Positions 15,870 to 31,978 of a stretch of DNA of 64,000 nucleotides are shown in pieces. Position numbers and translations under genes: made by a program. The stretch is from the human T2T-CHM13v2.0 reference genome, Homo sapiens, in NCBI RefSeq assembly GCF_009914755.1, contig NC_060933.1; one strand, written 5' to 3'. The notes below the pieces were generated by a model. That model did not search any database. It was not told the origin of the DNA and was given only the letters and a program-made list of their open reading frames with translations. Position 1 is the first letter of the stretch; every line of letters begins with the position of its first letter.

Positions 15870-17640
15870 AGCAAAGAAATACATGAATATAATTTTAAAA
15901 GTCAAACGATATCATGCAGTTTATGGCAAAAATTGAAGTCTTCCCTGTCCCTCCCATGCCATGGTCCCGCTCTTCTAATCTTTTTCCCTGGAATTTATTT
16001 CCATATTCATAAATAGCATGTTTATACTGCCTCACCTTGGTTTTTCAATTTTAGATATTATTTCCTGGCTCTACTATAAGATTTACCTCTTTCATGTTAC
16101 ATGCACCCTCATCCTCTCAATATTACAATTTCTGGTTAATCAATATTCAGTGCTTGTGTTCTGAAGACTATACTCTTCCCTGCTGAGCTACAACGCATAT
16201 TATTATTGCATTTCTTGCCAATATAACAACTGCTTTTACTGAGGTAAATAATGGAATTGTTTTTCCGTTTGCTTAGTCTTCTATGGACTGATCAATAATT
16301 TATGCCAAGCTCTCCTAAAACCATTTAAAACTCCTGGTGGCACAAATTTATCAGGAAATCTCTCAGTTCCACTCTTTCTAGAGACTGCCTAACTGGAGCC
16401 CTCTGAGCGGCAGGCCACATGGGATTGGTGGTTGGACTTCTGCATGGTTGTGATCCTGGGATCTCCTTTCCTGTCACCTGGAGATTCTCTCTGCTGCATT
16501 CCCAGGTTGGGTCCCCCGTTTCCTGGATCTTGCATCTTTTTTCTTGGTTTATGCTACCATGCAAGAAGAGCAATCCTCTGGTAGTTTCCTGAGAAAGGGT
16601 GCATATGAGGTAAATTTTCTGGGACCATGCTTGTCTAAAAACACCTTTATTGTACCTTCAAACTGAACTGAAGATAGACTGGCTGTAAGTCTCCCAGTTT
16701 CCAGTATTGCTTGTGAAAAGTCCAACATCATTGTGTTTCCTGATCATTCTTGTTTTTATTTCTCTGAAGCCTGTAAAATCTTCTCTTTCTCCCTCCTGTT
16801 CTGAAACTTCTGTGAGTCTTTTCTATTTCATTATTCTAGATAGGTACCCAGTAGACTCTTTTAATCTGGAAGTTCATGTGTTCTTTGGCTCCAGGACATG
16901 GTCTTTCATAATTTCCCCTTCTGTTTTATCTTTGTTCCTACTACTTTCCACCTTTTTGCCATACTTGTTTTACTGTTTTGAAGAGTTCCTCAATTTTGCT
17001 GTCTTGATTTCTCCAAGCGACTTTCCATTTGCTTTATGTCTTTGTCTTTCATGTTAGAGATGTTCTTTAAATGTCTGATGATCCTTGGCTGTTCACTCAT
17101 ATTTAAGAGTAAATCCCCAAAAAGCCTATTGGAAGACCATGTACTTATGATGCAAGAGCCGTCACTATGGGGTGATCAGGTGGAAAGCCAGGTGGTATAC
17201 TAGGAAACCCCCAAACATTAGTATCTGTAGTATTTTCTCTTGGGCCTGTTACCTCAGAGAGGAATACACTCATCTGTTGGGGACTAGGGATCCTGAGTGG
17301 GTTGGATTCTAAGCCTGACAACTAAGAGTTGTAAGGTATTCTCCGGGTCTCACTGCTTAGTGGGCCGTGTGTTCCCCAGGGCACCTTGTTTCCATTTCCA
17401 ACTCTTGCCATGTCCCCAGTTTCAGTGCTCCTCTGGTTCACCCTTTCCTTACAGAAGCCTCCCATCTTCTGCGGGGAGGAGGAGTCGCCTAGCTTCATGC
17501 ATTGGAGAAGGCATCACAGGAAGTTTAATGTCTCCTGTGACAGGCTTCCAAATAATCCTCTTCTTTTTCAGCCATACCCCTCATATTTCTGCCACCTGAG
17601 GTATCTGTGTCTCTAATTCTTGGGCCTTTGTTGGGGGGCG
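15870..17640 (-). mobile_element. HAL1/ancient L1M fragments with an ORF1-like relic
   Basis: Minus-strand peptide DFSQAILET...FEGTIKVFLDKHGPRKFTSYAPFLRKLPED resembles the L1 ORF1p C-terminal domain. Confidence 0.6.
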
Positions 17641-17699
17641 TCTACCGCACACATCCTCACAAACACTTGGCAGAAGAGAGAAAACAGAAACCTCATCAG

Positions 17700-18070
17700 T
17701 GTGTTAGTCAGGATGGACCAGGCTGTGCGGTGATAACAAACCACCCCAAAAATCTCTGTGGCTTAAAATGATAAAGGTTGATTCCTCTCTCAGAGTACAT
17801 GTCCCAGGAAGCCCTACCCATTGTGGTTTCAGGAGACCTGTGCTGACAGGCGCACAGCCATCTTGTGAGGCTGCTCCCTTAACATAAGGCTTTGGGGTTT
17901 ATTTCCACTGGGGAAGAAAGCATTGTCTTAGCTGCTCCCGCTTGGAAGCAACTTCAGGGCTCACGTTTCCCTGGCCACGCTTAACTTCTAGAGGATGAGG
18001 AAGTGCAGTCTTCTCCATGTTTGAAAAAATAAGAGAACTGGAAATCCTGGGGCACACTAACTCCTCCATC
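17700..18070 (-). mobile_element. Old MaLR LTR (MLT1J/K/L-like)
   Basis: tgtgttagtcaggat...ataacaaaccaccccaaaaatctctgtggcttaaaa is a typical reverse MLT1 end. Confidence 0.6.
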
Positions 18071-18357
18071 ACAGCCAGTTACCACTAGGGTGTTGCCAAA
18101 TTTTGTTGTGCTCATCTGTTGCTGTTTCCTCTGTCAGTGTTTGTGCTTTTTATTATTTTACTGCAATTCTAGGATGGAGCAGAGATAAACGCCATTTCAA
18201 GCTGTACACCACACCACTTAAAGTAGCCAAAACCCTCCAACTTACACTGTGTGCTTGCTAACATCAATCTCCCTGAGTCTACTGTGACTCTGTTCTCGAA
18301 TGATTCTGTTGCCTATAGACAGATCAGTAGGCTGTGGATTTTCAGAACTGGTCTTCA

Positions 18358-18783
<426 letters not shown>

Positions 18784-19581
18784 TCATCTCACTAGGGAGT
18801 GCCAGACAGTGGGCGCAGGTCAGTGGGTGCGCGCACCGTGCGCGAGCCAAAGCAGGGCGAGGCATTTCCTCACTTGGGAAGTGCAAGGGGTCAGGGAGTT
18901 CCCTTTCTGAGTCAAAGAAAGGGGTGACGGACGCACCTGGAAAATCGGGTCACTCCCACCCGAATATTGCGCTTTTCAGACCGGCTTAAAAAACCGCGCA
19001 CCATGAGATTATATCCTGCACCTGGCTCAGAGGGTCCTACGCCCACGGAGTCTCACTGATTGCTAGCACAGCAGTCTGAGATCAAACTGCAAGGCAGCAG
19101 CGAGGCTCGGGGAGGGGCGCCCGCCATTGCCCGGGCTTGCTTAGGTAAACAAAGCAGCCTGGAAGCTCGAACTGGGTGGAGCCCACCACAGCTCAAGGAG
19201 GCCTGCCTGCCTCTGTAGGCTCCACCTCTGGGGGCAGGGCACAGACAAACAAAAGGCAGCAGTAGCCTCTGCAGACTTAAATGTCCCTGTCTGACAGCTT
19301 TGAAGAGAGCAGTGGTTCTCCCAGCACGCAGCTGGAGATCTGAGAACGGGCAGACTGCCTCCTCAAGTGGGTCCCTGACCCCTGACCCCCGAGCAGCCTA
19401 ACTGGGAGGCACCCCCCAGCAGGGGCACACTGACACCTCACACGGCAGGGTATTCCAACAGACCTGCAGCTGAGGGTCCTGTCTGTTAGAAGGAAAACTA
19501 ACAAACAGAAAGGACATCCACACCAAAAACCCATCTGTACATTACCATCATCAAAGACCAAAAGTAGATAAAACCACAAAG

Positions 19582-20599
19582 ATGGGGAAAAAACAGAACA
19601 GAAAAACTGGAAACTCTAAAACGCAGAGCGCCTCTCCTCCTCCAAAGGAACGCAGTTCCTCACCAGCAACAGAACAAAGCTGGATGGAGAATGACTTTGA
19701 CGAGCTGAGAGAAGAAGGCTTCAGACGATCAAATTACTCTGAGCTATGGGAGGACATTCAAACCAAAGGCAAGGAAGTTGAAAACTTTGAAAAAAATTTA
19801 GAAGAATGTATAACTAGAATAACCAATACAGAGAAGTGCTTAAAGGAGCTGATGGAGCTGAAAACCAAGGCTCGAGAACTACGTGAAGAATGCAGAAGCC
19901 TCAGGAGCCGATGCGATCAACTGGAAGAAAGGGTATCAGCAATGGAAGATGAAATGAATGAAATGAAGCGAGAAGGGAAGTTTAGAGAAAAAAAGAATAA
20001 AAAGAAATGAGCAAAGCCTCCAAGAAGTATGGGACTATGTGAAAAGACCAAATCTACGTCTGATTGGTGTACCTGAAAGTGATGGGGAGAATGGAACCAA
20101 GTTGGAAAACACTCTGCAGGATATTATCCAGGAGAACTTCCCCAATCTAGCAAGGCAGGCCAACGTTCAGATTCAGGAAATACAGAGAACGCCACAAAGA
20201 TACTCCTTGAGAAGAGCAACTCCAAGACACATAATTGTCAGATTCACCAAGGTTGAAATGAAGGAAAAAATGTTAAGGGCAGCCAGAGAGAAAGGTCGGG
20301 TTACCCTCAAAGGGAAGCCCATCAGACTAACAGTGGATCTCTCAGCAGAAACCCTACAAGCCAGAAGAGAGTGGGGGCCAATATTCAACATTCTTAAAGA
20401 AAAGAATTTTCAACCCAGAATTTCATATCCAGCCAAACTAAGCTTCATAAGTGAAGGAGAAATAAAATACTTTACAGACAAGCAAATGCTGAGAGATTTT
20501 GTCACCACCAGGCCTGCCCTAAAAGAGCTCCTGAAGGAAGCGCTAAACATGGAAAGGAACAACCGGTACCAGCCGCTGCAAAATCATGCCAAAATGTAA
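19582..20599 (+). pseudogene. L1 ORF1p with a +1 frameshift
   Basis: MGKKQNRK...QNHAKM spans 1018 nt rather than 1017; there is an A7 run at 19988-19994 where A6 would keep the frame. Confidence 0.92.
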
Positions 20600-20635
20600 A
20601 GACCATCGAGGCTAGGAAGAAACTGCATCAACTAA

Positions 20636-24490
<3,855 letters not shown>

Positions 24491-25315
24491 ACAATGAGAT
24501 CACATGGACACAGGAAGGGGAATATCACACTCTGGGGACTGTGGTGGGGTGGGGGTAGGGGGGAGGGATAGCATTGGGAGATACACCTAATGCTAGATGA
24601 CGAGTTAGTGGGTGCAGCGCACCAGCATGGCACACGTATACATATGTAACTAACCTGCACAATGTGCACATGTACCCTAAAACTTAAAGTATAATAAATA
24701 AATAAATAAATAAATAAAAAGAAAAAAAGAAAAGAAAAGAAAAAGGACAGGTCTTCATTATCAATATTTTTCAAGAAGGGGATTGGGAGATACTTCTCAG
24801 GCATATATTTAGAAAAGTGAAACTCCTTACTAGAAGAAAATCACATAAGTATTTTTTTCAAATGTTTAGAACACAGTTATTTTCTCTCAGTGCTGAGAGA
24901 GTGTTCAGTAAACTCTTATGGATTAGCAATCCCATTTTCTCTCTATATACAACTCACCAGCAAACAAATGCCAGTTTGCTCCAAGAAAAAAGCACTTAAG
25001 TTCTGGGGGAATTAAAAGTAGTGTTAAAAACAGATTTAGCAATTAGCAACGGTGGCTGACAAATGGCAATACAGGTTTTTTTGTCTCCTTTTATTTGCTT
25101 CATTATAGTTTGTGATCTTGCCATTTTGAGAATGCAAATACTCAAAATTCTGCTTTTGTAAGAATACCATTTCTCCAGGTCTGCTGACCATAATCACAGT
25201 GAGATACCTCTTTTTGTTAAAACTTTATCTGTGCTAATAAAAGATTTAGTTAAATCTTATATCCACAGCACTTACATGGGGAAAGTGCCCAGATAATACA
25301 TTTTTTCCTTTAAAT

Positions 25316-25500
25316 CAGTAGTTCTCAATCTTTCACATGCTTACGAATCTCAGGGAAAGTTTACAAAACAAAATAAAATAAAACGAAACAACCAGATCAC
25401 TGAGACCCACATCAGGTATTCTGGTTTGGAAACGAAGGGCAGTAACTTGCATTTCTAATAAGTACCACCCAGACAGACTTCAGATCACATGGTTTTAAAA
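25316..25500. mobile_element. MER5-family hAT MITE
   Basis: cagtagttctcaatctt start and ttgcatttctaataag internal motif. Confidence 0.5.
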
Positions 25501-26930
25501 CACCTTTCCATTTTCTATAACAGCATACATGGAGAACTAGTGTTCAGTAAATATTTTTTGATGCTGAGATGGAAATCAACAGAATATAATATCATTATAT
25601 TCTCAGTAGACCATTAAAGAGGCAGCAAAGGAAGGTCTTTCCTATAAATATGGCATGACAGATTAAATACAACCCACAAATAGCTTAAAAATGACTGCTG
25701 GAATACTTTAAAGCACAGGTTTTCAGTTTCACTTTATATTAACTATTCATAACCCAGTGATCCATATTGATTTCTTAGCATCAAGCTGATTTTCTGACAT
25801 GGTTGGTTCCTAAAGCATCATACAATGTTCTATAATTAATTTCACCTTTTGAATGAAACAGCATGCAAGAGAATTAAGTTGTTCTCCTAGTTCAAATGAA
25901 TAGAAGCCAGCCTCTAACCCTACCATAGGCTGTACTGTGGGCTCACTGTGAGGCTGCAGGGGCAATTGGTTAAGCAGGTCATTTCAAGGAGCTGGTGCAC
26001 TGGAGAAAGCTGAAGGAAGAGGCCAGCATCTGGACCAACTGTGCCTGCAGCTTTTTCCTCTGGTGGCTTTCCAGGTTTCTAAAAGGATACAGAAGCCAGC
26101 CTTTTGTCAACTCCCTACTTTTGAAAACCTGCTCTATTTCCACCTCATTTGCAAAATGCTTGCTGCAATCCCTCCTAGCTGGGAGGAATCTGGAGACAGC
26201 TGGAGGTCAAGGAGAATTCTACACGTGAGTGCACTTATTTTTCACTAAATCAGAAGCCTAGAAAACAAAGACAGGACATGTCTGAGCTCACTGACCCAAT
26301 GCTGTCCCCTTGCTGGGGAGAATGAAGTTCCCTTCCCTACTGGTTTCCAACCTTTCCTAATCGGCTAACAGAAAATGCTGACTATTCCTTAAAGAGGAGG
26401 TGAATGCTACCACTCTGACCTGCGTAGCTCTTTATGTGTAAGTAAAATGAACAAATACCTTACAATAATGGTTTCTCACTCCAAAGATATATATTGAGAA
26501 ATGGCCTGGTGCAATCATAAAATGCAGAATTAAATGAAATTGAATATAAGCTCTTGACCCTTATCTTACTCCAAGATCCATTTTTAAATGAAAGGCTTCA
26601 AAATTATTCAAGAGTATGGAAAGGGAGAGTAGAAGCAGAGAGAATCTTTATAGCAAACGAGTCAGAGCAAAGGTTAGTCTTCCTGATATATTCTGAACAG
26701 ATTGTGACACCTAAGCTTGCCATGTTATCACATTTCTTAGGTATTTCAAAAATGGAAAATGTCAATAGTGGCATCAGTTACTTTGTGTAGCTCTTCACAA
26801 TGAAACACAATTTGCTTTAAAACAGAATACATATCTTTTGTGAAGTGGGAAGGATACCCTGATACCACCAGATGTGAAAAATTAGGCACCTACCACAATG
26901 AGGCATAGGGTGGGTGAAAAAAACTGCAGA

Positions 26931-27233
<303 letters not shown>

Positions 27234-27248
27234 AAAATTGCAGAAACC

Positions 27249-27551
27249 GGCCAGGTGCTGTGGCTCACATCTGTAATCCCAGCACTTGGGGAGGCCGAGG
27301 TGAGTGGTTCACTTGTGGCCAGCGGTTCGAGACCAGCCTGGCCAACGTTATGAAACCCCGTCTCTACTAAAAAATACAAAAATTAGCTGGACGTGGTGAC
27401 ACCTGCCTGTAATCCCAGCTACTTGGGAGACTGAGGTAGAATTGCTTGAACCTGGGAGGCGGAGGTTACGGTGAGCGGAGATTGCATCACTGCACTCCAG
27501 CCTGGGTGACAGAGCAAGACTCCGTCACAAAACAAAACAAAACAAATAAAC
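27249..27551 (+). mobile_element. Alu (AluS-type), second of a tandem pair, with (CAAAA)n tail
   Basis: TSD aaaattgcagaaacc (27234-27248) and aaaactgcagaaacc (27552-27566). Confidence 0.92.
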
Positions 27552-27644
27552 AAAACTGCAGAAACCCCTGGCGGAAAAAGGCTTGGAAGGCTATCCTCCA
27601 AAGAGGGCACACTACCCATCCCAGATCTTCAAGGGATTGATATA

Positions 27645-28392
27645 AGGCAGTTCTCAAATTGTCGTCCTGGGACCAGGAGCATCGCATGAGAACTTGTTAG
27701 TGACAACGTTGAACTTTACCTGAGAACCAGAGAAACAAAATGAAGAAATACCCCCAACCTTTTGTGTTCTGGGAAACTCCTTCTTTTCTGACACAGAGCA
27801 GGGATAGGGATGCTCCTCTTGTTTTCCTATGACAAGGCCAGACGCAGACCCTCCACATTCCCATTCTTTCTTCACAAACGATCAGCTGAACTGCTTGCTA
27901 ACCAAACTTTGGTTAAGTGTCTCTCCTTCCTCCAGGTGCGTGAACTTTGGCCAGCATACAACCACTCCTGAGAAAACGCTGGTCTCAGGTGGAAACATTC
28001 TCTGATCCACAGCACATTCAACTCCCACCCTTTTCATGCCACTTTCACATACCCTATTCTTTCTACTTGGCTACTCCTCCCTATAAAACAACTTCCCCCT
28101 TGTACCTAACTCTAGAGACCCTTAAAGATCTTAAGGTCAGAGGTTCTCATATGGCAACAGTCCTTCCTCCCTAAAACGAAACAGTATCTTTCTCCCCTTT
28201 GCAATAATCCTTTCCAGTGAAGTCTCTCCTTCCTCAAGCATGGCTTGTTTTTTATTTGGCATTAGAAATACAAATTCTCGGGCCCCACTCCATACTTTCT
28301 GAATCAGAAACTGGGGGGGGGCGGGGGGTGGAGGGCGATGTACCCAATAATGCATTTCTCACAAGGTCTCCAGGCACAGTGTGGGAAGCACT
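27645..28392. mobile_element. MER5A split by an LTR (pieces at 27645-27700 and 28262-28392)
   Basis: The two halves join as gaacttgttag|aaatacaaattctcgggcccca, which is contiguous MER5A sequence. Confidence 0.7.
27701..28261 (+). mobile_element. ERV1-class solo LTR (MER89/MER4-group-like), 561 bp
   Basis: TG...CA termini, 4-bp TSD ttag, and TATA-like ctataaaa at 28081-28088. The subfamily call is tentative. Confidence 0.7.
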
Positions 28393-28621
28393 GATTTGAG
28401 GCCATCCTGCTAAGAATCTGATGAGTGCATTCAACACTTTAATTCTCTCCCGCTGGCGTTTGACAGTTTAGGTGCAAGCTGTTTCTGAGGCTTACGGTGG
28501 AAAAGTTCTTAGCGTCCCCACAGACTACTTCCCGTAAAGTCACTACCCAAGGGCACACAAGGCCATGGGGCGCCATCTTCCCTCCCACCGCGTGGGGCCG
28601 AGGAAGCCCAAACCCGCACCT

Positions 28622-28630
28622 ACTTACATC
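28622..28630 (-). promoter_or_regulatory. APBA1: 5' splice donor GAT|GTAAGT
   Basis: Plus-strand acttacatc; the intronic hexamer is the consensus GTAAGT. Confidence 0.93.
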
Positions 28631-29827
28631 TCCGTCCATCGGCCTCTGGTCGTCACAGTCCCTGGTGGGGCTAATGTCCTGGCGCATGACCCAGATGGGC
28701 TCTTTGGGCTCGTCGGGGGTGTAAGGCGAACGGATGGTCCTGGTTTTCACCTCCTCGATGGCCTCCTTGATGTCCTTGATGGCCAGCGAGATGGCATCGC
28801 GCTTCTCCTTGCTGTACCGCTGCCCCGCCTCGCCGCCGCCCGCGGGGCCCACCGCCCGCTGCTGCCCCGCCGGCGCCTGCAGCCCGGGGCTGTCGGGGCG
28901 ACCCCCGGCCGGGGTAGGGGGACGCTCCAGGTCCTGCTCGGCCTCAGGCATGTCCTCGGCTGCCTTGTCGAGGCTCTGCGAGCTCATGCTCTGCTTCACC
29001 TCGGCCACTATCTGGTCGATGTCCTCCTCCTGCTCGTAGCTGTCCATGCGCGGGTAGGGCGCGAACTCGGCCTCCTTCTCGGGGCTGTCGGACTCGCCGT
29101 CGGAGCGCTCGTCGTAATGGTGCAGCCGCGCGCCCAGGGCCTCCTGGCGGTACGCGGCCGCCTCGTCGCGCTCCTGCTCGTAGAGCCGCAGGCCGTCGCG
29201 TGCGTCCAGCTCGGGCGCGTCCCCTATCTCCTCGTACACGTGCTCCTGGAGGCCGCCGTAGTCGGCATAGGGCTCGGAGTAGGGCTCGTCCTCACCGCGG
29301 TGGAAGAGCCGGTGCGTGTAGACGTAGCCTGAGTAGGCCGCATTCATGGCTTCCTCGTGCTCCAGCGAGTGGAAGTGCAGGTGGTTGGGCAGCGCGCGGC
29401 GGTGCGTGGCCTCGGCGTGCTCGGCCTCTGCCTGCTCCGTGTACTCCTCGGCCTCGGGCCGGTACTGCACAGCATAGGCGCTCTCGTCCTCGGGGTCCTG
29501 CGCGCGCTCCGCATCGTAGCCGTCGCGGGCCGCGGCGATCACGTCGCCCTCGGCGGTGTCCGTGTGGTTGTGGAAGCCGCTCTCCGTGCTGGCTGAGCGC
29601 GCCAGGCATTCCCCGCGCTCCTCTTCCTCCTGGCCGAGCTGGGCGCGGAGGTCCTCGAGGGCTCGCCCGCGCTGGTGGCGGCCCACATAGTGCTGCTGCT
29701 GCGGCGGCTGCTGCTGTTCCTCTTCCACCTCGGGGTGCTCCAGGTCGGCCTCCACCGACTCGTTCACCTCCCCACCTGCCGCCTCGTCGGTCACCTCCAC
29801 CTCCGCAGACCCCTCCAAGTGGTTCAT
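28628..29827 (-). CDS. APBA1: APBA1 (Mint1/X11-alpha) first coding exon, codons 1-400: acidic N-terminus, Munc18-interacting region and CASK-binding motif
   Basis: The translation MNHLEGSAEVEVTDEAAGGEV...EEDIDQIVAEVKQS...EPIWVMRQ...RPMDGD is recognisable as human APBA1. Kozak context is CCCACCATGA. An in-frame upstream TGA supports this start. The phase-0 donor GAT|GTAAGT follows exactly 1200 nt of CDS. The ORF track's extra 62 codons are intron. Confidence 0.97.
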
Positions 29828-29896
29828 GGTGGGAGTCGGAACGGCTAGGAGAGAAGCTGGGCCCGGCTCACTGCGCTCTCATTTTGCTCCACTGGG
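29828..29896 (-). other. APBA1: 5'UTR part of the APBA1 coding exon (69 nt)
   Basis: The minus-strand acceptor CCTCTCCCCTTCTTGTTTTTTCAG| has its AG at 29898-29897. Confidence 0.85.
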
Positions 29897-29920
29897 CTGA
29901 AAAAACAAGAAGGGGAGAGG
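29897..29920 (-). promoter_or_regulatory. APBA1: 3' splice acceptor with polypyrimidine tract
   Basis: Plus-strand ctgaaaaaacaagaaggggagagg reads as a pyrimidine tract plus CAG on the minus strand. Confidence 0.85.
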
Positions 29921-30749
29921 CTGTCACGTGGTGCAAACAGTCGTTATGAGCTGAGTATTCAGATAACCATAAAAACAACTGCTATTGATTCCTTTTAGTT
30001 CTGGGTCAATTAAAAAAAGACTGCAAATTTAAGTTCAATCTGACAGCACATACATAGCACGCATCATAATTTGTAATTACATATCTACTTGTTTAATTGC
30101 TTATTGCCTTTCTCCTTTCCCACCCCTCACACTGAGCGCCTCAGGAACGTTTTGTTCTCCACCACGCATACGATTCAGGTCCCATTTCTGATGCATCTGA
30201 ATAAAGAGTACTACTAAATTGAATGGGCCAACTGACACATTTTCCATCTGCTAACAGATAAATCTCTCCAAATTAAACTAGGATCCTACAACTTTAGAAA
30301 TCACTCTTTAAATCAATTTCAAAGAAACATAATCTTGAACACCTTTTGAAGCCATTCTGAGAGAGGCTATCAGCCAGCAGTGTGGTCCCGCCCCGGTTCT
30401 GTCATTACTGACTTTGTGACCTCAGGCAAGTGGCTTAATTTTCTGGACCTCCACGGTGTGACTGGACTCATTTCCTACATGCAGGATGTTAACAGCTATT
30501 ATATAGGGTAAAAAAGACTCGGTGGTCAAGTAAGTTTGGAAAATGCTGAGTTACAGTTGACTTTTCATTGTTAATATCCAGAAGGAGGAAGATGCAGGAC
30601 ACAGGGTTTCCCTAACTTGTTTGACCAGGAGACACTTTTTCCTAGAGGCCAATGTTACATAGCAGCTGGTTTCTAATAGTTAGGCTTCCCTATTGCACAC
30701 TCAGCATCCAGGATACAACCAACCACGGAAGACAATATTAGGGAAAAAA

Positions 30750-30975
30750 ATCCAACACAATACAACAATAAAAAATAATGCAAGTAAAAATACAGTATAA
30801 CAACAATTTATATAGCATTTATATTGTATTAGGTATTATGAGAAATCTAGAGATGATTTACAGTATATGGGAGGATGTGCATAGATCATATGCAAATACT
30901 ATACCATTTTATAATGGATTTTTATATCCACTGGGGTCCTGAAACCAACCCCCATGGATACCAAGGGAGGACTAT
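30750..30975. mobile_element. Tigger3/MER8-like DNA transposon fragment
   Basis: tatagcatttatattgtattaggtatta...aatctagagatgattta...ccccatggataccaagggag. Confidence 0.65.
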
Positions 30976-31844
30976 ATTCACTTTCCCCATGTAACCTGAA
31001 TCTAAAATTCTAAGATTTTATGAGTTGCCATTATAGCTAGAACTGGATAACAGGTGTAATTTTTTAAAAATATGGGTAGGTCTCTTTCTATTTTCAGAGA
31101 AACTTGTAGCTCGAGAGAAAGATTTGGTTTCAGTCTCTTTCAATTCTTCTTATCACAAAATAGCTTTATGGTATAATCTGTGCAGTATATAGAAATAGAC
31201 ACAAAGAATGTAAACAACCACAACAAAACAGGCAGGACCCCTATGATTTTGAGATCCCTATGGTAAATAGGCTCAACAGTATGTGTAAACTTGCTATTAT
31301 GTTCTTTTGGAGAGCCTTTCTTACAAATGGACACAATGGATGGGAAGTGAACTCTTAAATATAATAACAGACAACCCCAGGAGGACCAGGGACATCTGAT
31401 GGACTCTCTAGTAGTGAGATGCATTATATTCTACTCAACTCCCCATCACAACCACAGCAATTTCCTTCAAGCATTGATGACCATCCCAATAACAAAGGAG
31501 ATCATTTTGGAGCTACCAAGTCCACATTCAAGCAGAAGTATCATGTCTTCCCCATTCTTTGATGGATCCACCCCTGACTGATTCTCGCTAGAAGAAAAGA
31601 ATCACGGTTTACAAGAGATGAACAATCTTTATTGCTTCGCTACTTGACATAAGTCCCACTTGATACAAATTAGACCCAACCTCTTTTGAAAAATTTTGGG
31701 CTCCTCCCATTAACTCCTGAGAACAGCGACTGTGGACTAAGTATAAGAAAGTCTCCAAAAGCAAGTATGAATCTCCCTTCAAACCTTGATGGATGGTTAA
31801 GGCTGTAAACCAGCAGCAGGGTGGGGTGGGGAATGATTAGAAGC

Positions 31845-31978
31845 TGTTCCACCTCAGATCATGAGGCATTAGTTAGATTTTCATAAGAGTGCATGACCTA
31901 GATCCTTTGCATGTGCAGTTCACAATAGAGTTCATGCTCCAATACTGGTCCATGGCCCAGTGGTTGGGGACCCCTGCT
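31845..31978. mobile_element. MER1-family fragment
   Basis: ttccacctcagatcat...ggcccagtggttggggacccctg terminal sequence. Confidence 0.65.

Larger units (their letters stand above)
28570..29880. promoter_or_regulatory. Intragenic CpG island covering the coding exon
   Basis: Very high GC content and dense CpG over about 1.3 kb, against a CpG-depleted background. Confidence 0.9.

Noticed and set aside
19053-19127. L1 ORF0 on the minus strand
   Set aside because: It starts MAGAPPRASLLPCSL but hits TGA at codon 25, upstream of the splice donors, so no intact ORF0 or ORF0-APBA1 fusion protein is possible.
28439-28627. Treating the 462-aa ORF as the whole protein
   Set aside because: There is a consensus donor after codon 400, and known APBA1 continues into PTB and PDZ domains. 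It is kept only as a speculative isoform.
29693-29716. (CAG)3(CCG)2(CAG)3 as an expandable polyQ tract
   Set aside because: Too short and interrupted.
28565-29949. Long plus-strand ORFs (255 aa and 249 aa) overlapping the APBA1 exon
   Set aside because: Shadow ORFs expected opposite a GC-rich CDS with few stop codons; low-complexity Arg/Pro/Leu/Gly content with no recognisable domain.
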